A DNA stretch of 64,000 nucleotides from Octopus sinensis (Eukaryota), in NCBI RefSeq assembly GCF_006345805.1, contig NC_043000.1, positions 117,614,001 through 117,678,000 of the forward strand. The letters run 5' to 3'. Each line of letters opens with the position of its first letter. The first letter of the stretch is position 1. Made by a program: the position numbers and the translations under genes. The notes below the pieces were generated by a model. The model did not search any database. It saw only the letters and a list, made by a program, of their open reading frames with translations, and was not told the origin of the DNA. Positions 37,509 through 51,759 of the stretch are shown piece after piece.

Positions 37509-38131
37509 AAACAATGCTGTACCATCCTGGGTGTGGAGCAGTAAGGTAGGCCAAGCCTTATATTCTCAGTTTGGTCTACAATCACTTTGACATCTGATGT
37601 GTGGTGCACTGAGCACCTGTACAGGTAATGATGGAGGGAATGAATTAATGTTCAACACCAAACAAATCGTTTGTGCATGTTGTTTGGCAAACTAAGGGCT
37701 CAATGGAATCCTGATTTACCAAGCTACTGAACCCCTATTTGTTGTTTATGACTGGAGCGGGTCCACCATAAGTATGAAAGTGAAGATGGACAAGAAAATC
37801 AAAAACTTTTATGAGAAGCAAAACTTTTACAATGGGATAGTTGGAAAAGTTAACTATTGTGAATAGTTGTATGGCCTTGGCTACCGGTTCGCCCTGAAAA
37901 AAATATATGTGTATATATTTTTATTTGCAAATCCAGACAAGAATAAAATATTATTTATTGCTGTTGAAGATAGTCGAAGTTTTGGTTTTCCTTTCAACAC
38001 AATTGAATGTAACAGGATAAGACCGACACTCCTCAAGTGTTCCAGAGACCTTCATCCGGTTACAAAAGAATTGTAACAAATTTTATTATTGTTTTTTTCT
38101 TGTAATTGATTTAATCCTTCTATTTCTGCAG

Positions 38132-38279
38132 TGACACCCGACAGAATAAAGGTTCCATTTTAAAGAATTCCGTGGACTATATACGAAAACTTAGAAAAGA
38201 TCAAGATAAAATGCACAACCTTGAAGAAAAAAATAGATTGTCCGAGACAAACAACAGAAAACTTATGCTAAGGGTACAG
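38132..38279 (+). CDS. MITF: MiT/TFE exon: loop, helix 2 and leucine zipper (148 nt, phase 2/0)
   Basis: Acceptor ccttctatttctgcag|T, donor CAG|gtaagt. Encodes DTRQNKGSILKNSVDYIRKLRKDQDKMHNLEEKNRLSETNNRKLMLRVQ. Confidence 0.97.
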
Positions 38280-38498
38280 GTAAGTTAAGATTTACAAAAT
38301 GTTCTGGATTTGATTTTTTTTTTGTTTTGTTTTCATTATTTTGCATGACATAGCCTGGTAGTCATTCCAACAGTCACTTTTGTTGAATCGTTAAGTTACA
38401 GGAACATAAACAAACCAACACTAGTTGACAAGTAGTAGGAGGTGGACAAACTCGAAAGCACACACAAACACACACACACAATTTCCAACTAACAAATT

Positions 38499-38687
38499 CG
38501 GTGGCACGTAAAAAGCACCCACTACACTCTCGGAATGGTTGGCATTAGGAAGGGCATCCAGCTGTAGAAACTCTGGCAAATCAAGATTGGAGCCTGGTGC
38601 AGCCATCTGGTTCGCCAGCCCTCAGTCAAAATCGTCCAACCCATTGCTAGCATGGAAAGCAGATATTAAACGATGATGATGATGATG
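38499..38687 (+). mobile_element. Family C element in the last MITF intron
   Basis: Same tail with (GAT)n. Confidence 0.83.
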
Positions 38688-38896
38688 AAATTCATTCACA
38701 AGGCATTGGTCAGCCTGGTGCGATAACTGAGGACATTTGTCCAAAATGTCACACTGGGATTGAACCTGAGAGTGTGTGGTTGCAAAGCGAACTTCTTATC
38801 CACACAGCCATGCCTGCTATTATAGAAATTATGTTAATCGTATTAATATTAGTGATGTTAGTTTGCTCTGTATGATTGCCTTTTTTTCTTTTACAG

Positions 38897-39160
38897 CATT
38901 TGGAAATGTTGTGTAAGTCTCACGGAATATCAACAGGTCTCCCTAATGACAGCAGTAGCTTGGCAGTCTTTGCAGATCTTCTCACACCACCTTGTGGAAA
39001 ATCCGATACAGATTTGATTATGGAACAAGTCAATAATGGTTTTTCTTCTGTTGGTAGCAGTGCTATGGATGAAGATAGTTCACCTGTCAGCGGAGATCCC
39101 ATGATGTCATCAAATCCCGTCAGTCCATCAATGGATGAAGATGATGACGAACTCATGTAA
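38897..39160 (+). CDS. MITF: MiT/TFE terminal coding exon (zipper end and Ser/Asp-rich C-terminus), ends in TAA
   Basis: Acceptor tttttcttttacag|CAT. HLEMLCKSHGI corresponds to MITF ELEMQARAHGL, and DEDSSPVSGDPMMSS to DDTLSPVGVTDPLLSS. Lies within ORF 38876..39160. Confidence 0.93.
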   Translation, partial: HLEMLCKSHGISTGLPNDSSSLAVFADLLTPPCGKSDTDLIMEQVNNGFSSVGSSAMDEDSSPVSGDPMMSSNPVSPSMDEDDDELM

Positions 39161-40727
39161 AACCTTCACCGCAAAATTACGGAACATTTTGTAAAAATGA
39201 AAGAAAAAAAAATTTTTTTAAAGGTCAAAGAAAAGAATAAAGAAAGAATACCAAAAATATGACAAAAAAATAATAAAATAGAAATAAAAGAAGCAAAAAG
39301 AAACACAGAACCAGAGACATTTCTTTTGCTTTCTTCATCCTTTCTTTCTTTATTTCCTTTCCTTAACTCCACCTTGGGTGGATTATTATAAAACAAAAAC
39401 GTCTTGACTGTAAAATACAACAATTGAAATTTATGGACATCATACTGAAAAAAATTCATGTTATTTTTGTTTCCAATATTGTACAAAATATTTCCAAATT
39501 TTCTGTCAACTTCTTTCAAAACATTATTTTATTGAATTTTTTTTTTTTTTGAAAACAATTTTTTTCTTTCATATTTTTCAAAAAATGACTATTTCACAAC
39601 TAACAGTTTGTATTCTTATCAAACTGTAAATGAGAGAAACACAACTTCATCTTTATACACACCACAATCCTACGTTTGAAATTTCAAAAGAACACACCCA
39701 TCTTTACAAGAAAGAAATTGAACCATATGTAAATCATGTTATGGACATAGGAGAGATTTTGTATTTATTTCTGTGTTTTTGTATTTATATGTATGTATAT
39801 ATGTGTGTATGTGTATGCCTTTGTATACATATATATATATAAATATTCAGAATATTTATATATATATAAATATTTATATATATATATATATTCATATTTA
39901 TATATAATAAACATATATATTGATATATAGACACGCACACACAACATATATATATACACATGCACACATGTATATGGTCTCTATTTTAATCTGTTTCTCA
40001 TTTTAAAATCCTTATTTCCATCTTCCTTCTCCTATTACTACTACTACTATTATTCCTACTACTACTGCTACTACTACAGTGTTATTCTTTTCAAAAACCC
40101 TTGTATATGTCGCAGTGCACACCACCAATGATAACCACCAAAAACCCCAAATCACTGGCCAAAAGCCAATTCAAACCTCATATTTCTTCTGTTTTCATCA
40201 ACATTTATCTGGCGATTATAATTTTACCCATCCATCACTATGGGTACCCACCACCACCAAATCATACAATTTATACAAAAACAAAATAGAACAAACTATT
40301 ACTCTTTGAGAACTATTGATGTCTACTTCTGAAGTAAGAATTTCGAGAAGGTTTTGATAATATACTATCACATGCAATCTACACTAATTCTTCACTATTT
40401 GGTCCTGCTGACATAGATTCTCTAAACTACAATGGGTAGAAGATATACCATAATGTCTTGTGGTTGATATGATTTTAGGATTTCTTTGAAAAATCATTGA
40501 TGTCATTAAACCATATATATATGTATGTGCATGTGTACACATATACATACATATATACGTATATATGTATACTTATAAATTGAGGATATAATCATTTTAA
40601 TTTTAATGATTATATCAGTGGCTAGCATATAAAAATGACCATATCGGTAAAATTAATTTTCCAGTATATTATTATATACTTTAAAAAATATATATATCTG
40701 TATGTATGTTTTCCAGAAATATGTATG

Positions 40728-40763
<36 letters not shown>

Positions 40764-40975
40764 TTTCCAGAAGGTGACAAATTCAAAAGGAGTTATCTCA
40801 GGCCATTTAAATTAAGTACCCAAAGATAGGCCTTAGAGTGAATAAAATATTTAATCTATAATTGTTATTCTAACTAAATATATTTTATCAGAATATCATT
40901 ATGGATTATATATGCAAACACACACACACATAGACGGTACATATTTACATTAATGCATCTCTCTCTTTCTCTATC

Positions 40976-41272
40976 CATATATATATATATATATATATAA
41001 TATATATATATATATACATACATATACAGATATAGATAGATAGATAGATATATTTATATATACATATGCAGATATATATATATATATATATATACACATA
41101 CATATATAGATAGATAGATATATTTATATATACATATGCAGATATATATATATATATACACATACATATATAGATAGATAGATATATTTATATATACATA
41201 TGCAGATATATATATATATAATATATACACATACATATATAGATAGATAGATATATTTATATATACATATGC

Positions 41273-41309
<37 letters not shown>

Positions 41310-41452
41310 CATATATAGATAGATAGATATATTTATATATACATATGCAGATATATATATATATATATATATATACATACATATATAGATAGATAGATAT
41401 ATATATATATATACATACATATATAGATAGATATATTTATATATACATATGC

Positions 41453-41523
<71 letters not shown>

Positions 41524-41620
41524 ATATAGATATATATATATATAACACATACATATATAGATAGATAGATATATTTATATATATATATACATACATACAT
41601 ATACAGATATATATATATGC
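40976..41620. repeat. Higher-order compound microsatellite (~60-70-bp unit with CATAC, (GATA)n and CATATGCAG landmarks)
   Basis: The landmark GATATATTTATATATACATATGCAGAT recurs about six times. Confidence 0.88.
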
Positions 41621-42287
41621 ATATGTCATGAAAATTTGTAAAATAGCTGTCCCAATGGTTTAGAATTATGTTTGCTTCTAATAAGAGCCATAGTTAATTA
41701 TTATTTATTTATTTTTTTATTTTTGGTTCTTGATTATTTAAATTATTAATTGCTGATGTATTATGGGTATTCCTGTGGTTGAACTCAGTACAATCAATTT
41801 GGCGTTTGCATTTGATTTCTTAGTATCTCTGATGCCCTCCTACTTGAGTCATTATTTTATTGAAGTATGGGTCTTATGTGCATGTCAATATGTATATGTT
41901 TCTATGCTTGTGTGTTTTGTGTGCGTATATGTGTGTGTATATATATATATGTATATGTATATATACACACACAGGTACATATATGTGTGTGTATATGTGT
42001 GGATACATACATACACATTAGGATACATACAGCATAGCATATGAAGAATTTTGTTTTTGAAATTTCATCCAGAAGTATGACATTTTTATTCGATAATTTT
42101 ATATATTTTTACATTTATTCATTCATGACAATATTTCACATTCCATACAATTTATGGGTATTTTTTAATTAATGACAACACAGAATTAAAAAAAAAAATT
42201 ATGACTCTTCCTTGCTGAGAGCATCCATGTGTATACCAAAACGTTTATACATACATTTATACAGACATATATATATATATATGTAAC

Positions 42288-42329
<42 letters not shown>

Positions 42330-44724
42330 TCATGATGCTCATTCCAATGTCAACATGGAAAAGTAGGTATAATGTAATGATAAAAAGATATATATATATA
42401 TATATATATATGTTATTAGATAAAAAATCGTATATATATATGTATATATATGGTATGTATTAAAGTCACAATGTGTATATTAAGACAATATGTGGGGGAC
42501 AATTGACAAGGCAGTTTGTATGAAGCTTACTGCTATTGTTGAGTGTTTAGTGATGCTAATATAAAAACGAAAATACTAGCTGTTTGCATGTGCATGATTG
42601 CGTTTGTGTGTGTGTATGTGTGCGTGTTTGTATAAAGAGAGAATGACTGAGAAAGAGAAATAGTACCAGCTATATATTAGACAATGTCCCAAATATATTG
42701 TGGATTGACTAAACATCTTTTCCTTTTTTTTTTTTTTAAGTTGGTTTATTTTTTATCTGTATAAGAACAACAAGAGCAGTTTCCAATTTAAATGTTTTCT
42801 AATATTACGTGACAAGCTACACAACTTGTAAATAAACATCAGCATTTGTCAACTTACTGGCTGTTTTGAATTCTATGTTTTTGTTTTTTATTTTATTTAT
42901 TTTTTCATTTTTTCTTTCTTTTTTTTTCATAACATTATTATTTACTAACCTGGCAAATCATAAAACTTTGTACTTAAACAGCCCATATTTAGGCTCTGTT
43001 AATGATTCAACATTCCTTTAAAACCTTGCTATTGTATATGCTGCATATGTTATACAACTAATGCACAACAAAAATTAAAACTGCACAAAAAAAAAAGATT
43101 CATACATTTGTTTAAAACGGGTGCATCATTTATAAACTTATAGCATTAAAATTGCCAAATGTAGTTATTTGTTATTAGTCTTGCAACAATTACAAAGCTA
43201 AAAAAAAATATAAAAATGTATGATTCTCTTTGAATAGACAGAAATTGTCCAAAACTTGTCAGGTTTTCATATCCTCAAGAATTCAAGGTGTGTGTATATA
43301 TGTATGTATGTACAATAGTATTGAACAGTGAGAACAAGTGCCCAGCACTGCATTTGGTAATCTCATCCAACACGGATGTGGATTACTAAAAAAGTGGAAT
43401 GCTTGAAAAATTGCAAACATCCCTCCTGAAACCATTGGTAGCATTGTTTATCTAAAACAGAACATTTATGTGTATATACATATATATATTTGTCACAGAA
43501 AAATGTTCACATTCTAATGGTTTTTTTTTTTTTTGTTTTTTGGGGTTTTTTTGTAAATAGACTATTGATATAGATGGGACATTTACGTCTTGATTTTCAT
43601 CTTTCTAGCTTAAATTCATTCTTAATTGTAGACATAACTTGCTATGATTCTGTTATAAGCATCTCAGGTAAGATACAATAAAGTGATTTCCAGTTTATGT
43701 TATATAGAGAAGCATAAAATCACATACGCCGAAATTGTTTTTATGATGTTCAAGCTTTTCTCAAGAATATCATAGGATGCTTATGACATCTAAAAATAAA
43801 ACTAGGCACACAGTCATGATTCACTGGCTGCTTATTTTCTACACAGTACTGGTCAAGGTTTTCTAAATATCAAACCTATCTTGTCTCAAAGTGAAATATA
43901 TAATATAATGCAAAACATGTAAAGATATATCAATATATATATATATATATGTATGTTGAGGGTCTTGTTAGCTACCTGGTGACATCACTGATGTTGGTGC
44001 TACATAAAATGTGCTCAGTACACTCTGTAAAGTGATTGGTATTAGGAAAGGCAACCGGCCATAGAAACCATGCCAAAGCAGACACTGGAGCTTGGTGCAA
44101 CCTTCCAGCTCACCAGCTCACATTTAGCCGTCCAACCCATGCCAGCATGGAAAACAGACATTAAATGGTAATGATGATGATATCAATGCACACACACACA
44201 CACATATACATCATGCATGTTAACATTAAACAAACAATTGATACAGGTATATGTAGCATATGATGAAGATAAATGCAACATTTGGTACAGCTATACAGGC
44301 ACAGTATAGCCAAATGGTTAAGAAGTTGCTTTACAACCATGAGGTCCTAGGTTCAGTCCTACTCTGTAGCATTTTGGGTGAATGCTTTTTAGTTTGCTTT
44401 AGGTTGCTCCAAAATTTGTGAATGAAATTGGGGAGATGGAAAATGTGTGGAAGCCTGCTGGATAGACTGGAATTACCTTTAATTCAAGGTATTACCTTTG
44501 TCACACTCTTTCACACTGCTTTTGCTTGAGGGTTATGTTAAGTGCACATGCACTTATACATAAAATACGAAGTGCACATGCACTTCATATTTTATGTGTA
44601 AGTACTCAGGCACTTATATTTTAATTCAGTCAGTTGGTAAATTAGTCATTTGAAACTAACCGGGATCCAATTACTTCACAATATATAACGAGAATATATA
44701 TAATATGTGATAAAGGTATATACA

Positions 44725-45067
44725 TTACTTACTTAAGTCCTTCCCTCCCCCATGGAGCATAGGCTATCAATGTCTTTTCTCCGTTGTTCTCGACTCTTGG
44801 CTGTCTTTTTCTCTTCCTGGTCTTGGTTTTAAAATGTCCTCATTGCTTCTGTAAATTTGACTTTTTCTAGGCAGGGGTGTTGGCTCTGTGCAAACCTATT
44901 TTTATCTCTTGAGAAGAGGTTGTCCATGATGGTCCAGCATTTATCTATTGAGTTGTCCAGCATGGGAGACACTACCAGGAGTATGTGCTCCACTGGCAAA
45001 GCTGTCAGGGTCATTGAAGTACTCAAGCCACCATATCACAACAAGGACTAGACCTTCTGGTTGGAAG
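44725..45067 (-). mobile_element. Internally deleted (bipartite) RTE-type element: 5' UTR joined to the 3' end and an (AAGT)n tail
   Basis: Minus strand reads CCTTGTTGTG...CAATGACCCTGACAGCTTTGCC...CTCCTGGTAG...CCCATGC (RTE 5' UTR-like), then AKSREQRRKDIDSLCSMG and TAAGTAAGTAA. Confidence 0.65.
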
Positions 45068-45310
45068 ATATATATGTAATTATAATACAAATATGTAAAA
45101 CTAATTAACTCTTTCAGTTAATTAGCTTTATATGATATAGTCACTGGAAACGAAAATATATATGTTACATTACTAAAAACTAGCAGCAACTAGATAATCA
45201 AAACAAAAAAAAAATAGGGAAATGAGAAAGCTTCTTTCTAAGAAATAAAGGTTTTAGAGTTAATCCATCATAATTATTAACATTATCATATTACATTATT
45301 TACAGTGGAT

Positions 45311-45740
45311 AGTTGTGTGTCGTCATCTTGTTTGTTGTTATCACATTTCGGTTAATTTACTCTCCAGCCTTCATCAGGTGTCCTGATGAAATTTGGAACC
45401 CAAGCTTGGGTTCTCATTCCTAAGGTATTTTTTGATGTTGTTATTATTATTATTATTATTATTAATTCAAGGTACTGCCTGGAATTGAACTCAGAGTCTT
45501 GAGATTAGTAGACCGTACTCATAACCACTATTCAAGGCAGTGCTTTGAATGAATGAATGAATGAATAATAATAATAATCATAATTATAATAATAACATAA
45601 AAAAATACCTTAGGAATGAGAACCCATGATTGGGCTCAAAATTCCACTAGGATACCTGATGACGGCCAGAGAGTAAATCAGCCAAAACGTTGTGGTAACA
45701 ACAAACAAGATGAGGACACATGTCCATCCAATGTAAATAA
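45311..45740. mobile_element. Head-to-head inverted pair of an element with a tRNA-like head, (AAT)n spacer and Penelope-type hammerhead tail
   Basis: 45315-45460 is an imperfect reverse complement of 45570-45720. Minus-strand head TAGTGGTTA...GAGTTCAATTCC at ~45470-45530. CTGATGA cores at 45371-45377(-) and 45656-45662(+). Confidence 0.7.
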
Positions 45741-47427
45741 TGTTCAGAATTCTTCACGTCTAAAACATTTAACAGTATTTATTATATCAACTTTGATTTT
45801 GTCATGATAGAATTGAAACTGAACAGGGCCTTGGTGTAAGCAACTCCAATCATGGCTCAGTCACACTGACCTTAGGAGACAAACTACTCTGTCAAATGTA
45901 ATGCTTATGTATTCACATTGTTTTGAGTTAATTATGCATTATCTCATAGCTTTGAAATGTCAGTAATGTAATGGTTATGTTTAGATTGGCATTGTAGGGT
46001 AGGTGTGAGAGGTTAGATCTAACCAGTTTGAACATACAACAGGGGAAATATTTGAGCTGGATATGGTCAGCTTAAATGTTAAAGGATCAACCAAGAAATT
46101 TTTAATTGTAACAATGTTTCATTTGCTTCCATTGGTGAATTCCCTTACTCGTGACATTCGCTTGGAATTAAGAATCTATGCTATAGACTTAGTGTAGCGT
46201 CTGTGATGGGATACAAGCCATCAACCCTTTATGCAGTAGTTTGAAAAGCACAAATCCTACACAGACATAGCCAGTTATTATAGCCACTAGTCAATAAGAA
46301 CATTTTTTGCATAAGTTCCTGTCTTTAATATATTGTTTTAAATATTAGCAAAAAATGTGGAAAATTAAATGGATAAAAATAATCTGATTTTAAATTTGCA
46401 ACAAAATTTATCAAAGATTATCCTCACATCTTTCATTAGGTATTGTTTTATCATTATCAAATGTGATTTTTGGTTTGTTCATTTATTTGATTATTGTTTT
46501 TGCATGAACTGCAGAAATTTCCAAGTATTGGGTGTCTTTGCATCTATTTGTAGTATATTGTGTTGTTGCCTGATGCAAAAAAACAAAAATTAATTAATAA
46601 TGATACATGCAGCAGAGTTTAAATCTTTGATTGATTTAGCCAGTAATCAAATACTTAATTGAAAAACATTTGCTCTTTTATTCAGCTAATATAAAATTAA
46701 ATTAATTTTTTTCATTCTATTTGAATCATTTTCATTTTTATTGAAATATTGACATTATTTTCTTAAACTCTTTAACTAAAGAGATTTTTACCTTTTTAAC
46801 TAGGAGTTTTCACATGGAAATTTATCAAAATTTTCTTAAAGATTTAGCTGATGTGTCCTGTGTAACACTTTATACTTAAATGCATGAAACCTGTACGGAT
46901 GCATACATGTTTATAAACGTGTGTGTGAATTGTGAAAGCAAAATTGTTGTTGAATAGAACATTGTGTCAAAAGGTGTAGATCCTGATCCATTTTTTTGTT
47001 TATGAATATCAAATACTTTCATTCTCAGTTCATTGATACATACAGTTGACTGAAAGGGTGTCTGAATGGAAGCCATGGCAAAGAAATGTAATCTCTGTTT
47101 ATATCGTGTGTATATATATATATATATATATATGTTAATGCTTGTTTTTATGTCAAGTTATATACATAAAAACGATTTAGCATTAAACTAAGGGATTACT
47201 CACCACTGTTAGTAGAGTCCATGTTTATTAAAGTTTTACAAGGAAAAGTCTGACAGTGAAGTTTCAACATGGTTACCTTCAAGAATATATGTGTGTGTGT
47301 GAGATTGACTGGGTGTAATGAAGCTTCCCTTTTTTTGCTTTTTTCTTTAACATAATTGATAAAATTCTACCAAGATTTCATTGAAATTTATAGGTTGATA
47401 CTAAATATTAGCTATTTTAGAAATAAG

Positions 47428-47467
<40 letters not shown>

Positions 47468-48499
47468 GTTAATGTAGAGGCTGGAATGAAGGAGCTGGGT
47501 TTGCTTTCAAGATGCTAAGCAATTTTGTAGACAACTTGGGAAACTGGAACTGGAATATTTATTCCAGATGAAAAGAAAGCTGTGTAACACCTCTGTCCTT
47601 ACTTTTAGAGTGAAAGAAATTCTTTTAACAGCTAACATCATATCAGTAATATAGATCAGGTTAATTATTGATTAATTAACATTGAGTCATTAAGTCAAAA
47701 ACTATGTAGAGAAATGAATGAGACACCTGGGGGGAGGGTTTCGATTATAACATTTTTCGTATATTTCGCAGTAATAGGTATGTCTCTTGTCTAAAAGAAC
47801 ATTCCATTTGTTCTTTTCTCATTTTCTGCTAAGTATTCTAACTGATAATAAGTTTCCATTTGTTAACATTTCTTCTTGGCATCTTGACACAGCTCCACTG
47901 AAAGCCTCTACACACAACTAAATGAAAAAACATTTTGATTTTTCTGACAAAACCTTTACTACTTAATAACTTCTAATTGTTCTTCACCTGTTTCTTCTTG
48001 GCCTATGATTTGAAATCTAATTTTAGGGTAACAACAGTTTCATCAGAGTTTCATCAGGAATAAAAACTAAATTTTTAAAAATATCTTTTATGCATAAAAA
48101 CGCAAAAACAAACTTTGCACTCACACTGCTCTATAACTGTTTTCCAATGCAGATATGAAAACATTTTATTTATTTTTTTATTGCATAAGCCTGGCTCAAA
48201 TGCTAACAGTTTAATTTCAGTTGTCTGCTCATGAAACAGAGCTGAATTCTGTAAAAATATCTTTATAAATCAAGTAACATGATTTAATGCTTGTACCTGC
48301 ATCTGTGCAATCACTGGATGACATTAATGCCAAATTGATAAACCATTTAACAAATTCATTCTAGTAAATCTTCTATCTATGCCTGTGAGATTATATCTCA
48401 AAGGATGCATCGTAAAATATATTAGACCCATTAACAGTGAAAAAAAAACTGTCTTTGACAAATTTCCTTATATTATGAATAAATAGAAGACACAGGATT

Positions 48500-48725
48500 T
48501 TAACCCTTTAGCATTAAGATAACTCAATCAATTGCAGTGCTTATTTATTTACATTGTCTTGGACTAATCATGCATTATATTTTAATTTCAAGGTTTTGGT
48601 GATGATTGTTTATTTTTAGAATGACACTGTAGGAGATGTATTAGAGGCTAAATCTAGCCAGTTTGAATGTAAAACAGGTAGAATATTTGGGCCCAATATG
48701 GTCAGTTTAAATGCCAAAGGGTTAC
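48500..48725. mobile_element. piggyBac-type MITE
   Basis: TTAA CCCTTTAGCATT...AATGCCAAAGGG TTAC. Confidence 0.8.
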
Positions 48726-49959
48726 GGTAATATACTGCCATTATCTTTATGGTTTATTTAAATTGCAAACTTAACGACATCATTAGAAGGAGGTTTGAAT
48801 GATATGGTCATGTGAAAGTATATAAATTGTGTGGAAGATTACGTTGTCTATTAAATCTAATCTGTTTGATTATTGATTGGTAAAGGCTACAAATCTTATA
48901 AATAATAATATGTCCTCAGGGAAATTGGCCTAATGCAAAAAAAAAAAAGATATGAGACCAAATGATGGTATGTGGACAAGACGAGCAAATAAAGAAATTA
49001 ATGAAATGTTCTTTTAATTTTGTTTGTCAGTTGTGTAAATGGAAATTTGAAAGGAAAAAAAAAAAAAGTGTGATGTTATATTTTAGTTTCCATTCATGGT
49101 ATTTATCAAATGATTTGGGTAATTATTTAAAATCAATTTGTTCCAATCGTTTTTTCTTAAAATGTTTTTTAATGGGATGTCTGAAATTGTTGTGGTTTTT
49201 TTGACAGATCATGCATCACCTAGATTTTGTAAACACTTTTATTCTTCATTACAACCGTTTAACCAAAAATTAGCATAAGATGCGAATAAAAGTGATTTAA
49301 AAGTTACTGACTGAATACACTACTCATAACGCAAATACCTAGATGTTTATTAGAATTTCCTTAAAGTAACAACAACAAAAAAAGAAAAAGAAAAACAAAT
49401 AAGCATATAAAATAAATTAAAACCATCACAAATTATTGCAAATATTTGGTTCTTCATCTTTGAAATCTTTTCTTCAATAGTTTTGGTTAAATTCTGTTGA
49501 GACTAATTTTGCATCCAACATGTTTACCATTTCTCAAAATTATTAACACCGCATGCATGCAAATTATTTCACTGCCACTTTCTGCTAAATGTACTGTTTT
49601 TCTTTTTTTGTTTTTTGTTTTTTTTTTGCGTTCTAGTCACAATAGAATGTATGTCTTTTGCACTCATATTACACTATTTATAACTGGCACTTCCATCACT
49701 AATCATAATGTTCCGATTTGCAAAAATAAAAAAAAAAAATTAAATTAAAAAACAAAACAAAAACCTTTGAATACATCTTTAATTGCTCTCTATCAATGCA
49801 CTGCTTTTTCGTATATCAATTTGTGAAACCTATGTCTATGCTTTTTATTGTCTGTATCATTGCAGCTTGTGCAACTCTACACTCTTTCTTATCATCCCTA
49901 GCTTTTCAATGGGAAATGCAATGTATAAGTGGAATCACTTCTGACATGTTAAAACTTAC

Positions 49960-49965
49960 AATATA

Positions 49966-50008
<43 letters not shown>

Positions 50009-50490
50009 AAATATATATGTATGTATATACAAATATGTATATATAAATATATGCATATATATATAGATATATATGTATATACATATGTACATATATATAT
50101 ATGTAGATATATATGTATATATAGATACATATATGTATATATAGATACATATATGTATATACAGATATATATATGTATATATATGTATATATATATGTAT
50201 ATGTATATAGATATATATATATGTATATGTATATAGGTATATATATGATGATGATATATGTATATGTATGTATATAGATATATATATGTATGTATATAGA
50301 TATATATATATGAATATGTATATAGATATATATATATATGCATATATGTATATATATATGCTTATATGTATATATATATATAAATATATGTATATACATG
50401 TATATATATATGTATATATATATATAGATATGTATATATATATGTATATATATATATAGATATGTATATATATATATATATATATACACG

Positions 50491-50526
<36 letters not shown>

Positions 50527-50694
50527 CACGTATGTAATATATATATATATATATATATACATGCACGTATGTATATATATATATACATACACGTATAATA
50601 TATTATATATGAATATATATATACATACGTATATATATACATATATATATACATATGCACACATTATATATTATATATGTATACATACATATAT

Positions 50695-50729
<35 letters not shown>

Positions 50730-50740
50730 CATATATATAA
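49960..50740. repeat. Degenerate (TA)n/(TATG)n tract
   Basis: Direct reading. Confidence 0.95.
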
Positions 50741-51759
50741 ACTGTTCATTACATGGCTGTATGAATGAAATCACTTGTGCACCACTATTGGCATTGAAAT
50801 TTAGTTTTCTGAAAGGACAATTAAATCAGTTTGTCTTAGTTTGTAGTCGCTATACAAAATAACTTAACCGTCTATCTAGTAAAGCTTGCCCACAACTGAC
50901 CAGTGCTCTTTCTCAAATAAAAAGTATGTCATCCACTTAACATTATGACAACCCCCAGTGCTGAGCATCAAGGCTTGTAAGCTTTTGGGACACAAGAAAA
51001 GAGTAGCAGAACCTATATTGACTTTATAAATTAACGTATCACTCCTATATACTTCAGAAAAAAAAATTTTTCCAAAAACCTCTCAACACAGACTCTACTT
51101 ATTTCAGTGACAATACTAGTAGTAACAATAATAGCAGTAGTAATAATAATAATAATGACAACAATAATAATTATAATAATGACAACAAGAATTATAATAA
51201 TAATAATAAAATTATATCAACTAAATTCCGCCAACATATAACTTTTATTTCACTCATTTCATTTCGTTATCGACATCATTATCAGTTATCATTATCATCG
51301 CGTACATCTCATTCTCTTTATTCAACATCACCTAATGAACAAAGCATTCGTTAGCTTTAATCAAGAATATCTTACTCTGGACATTAAATGAGAATCAGTT
51401 TGTTTTTTTTTACTTGTCCATCAAAATTTTAATTTTTTTTTTTTTTTGAAATTTTATGAATCCCTTCCTGAGGATAATCATTTTATTTTTTTAATTTCTA
51501 GGTTTTTTTTTTTTTTAAATAATTTGATTGGCACTGGAATTACTACTTGTACATTCTTCCAATTCTCTCCATAACTGCTGATATTTTTCTCTGGTTTGTT
51601 CATCTGTTATATCATTTTATTATTGTCATCTTTACCATAAGCATTTCTTATAAGAATACTAACACTCAAACACCATACATGACATATACTTATATATGTA
51701 GAATATGTATGTGTTTGGGTGTATCTATATGTGCATGTATATGTATGTTTGTATAAAGT

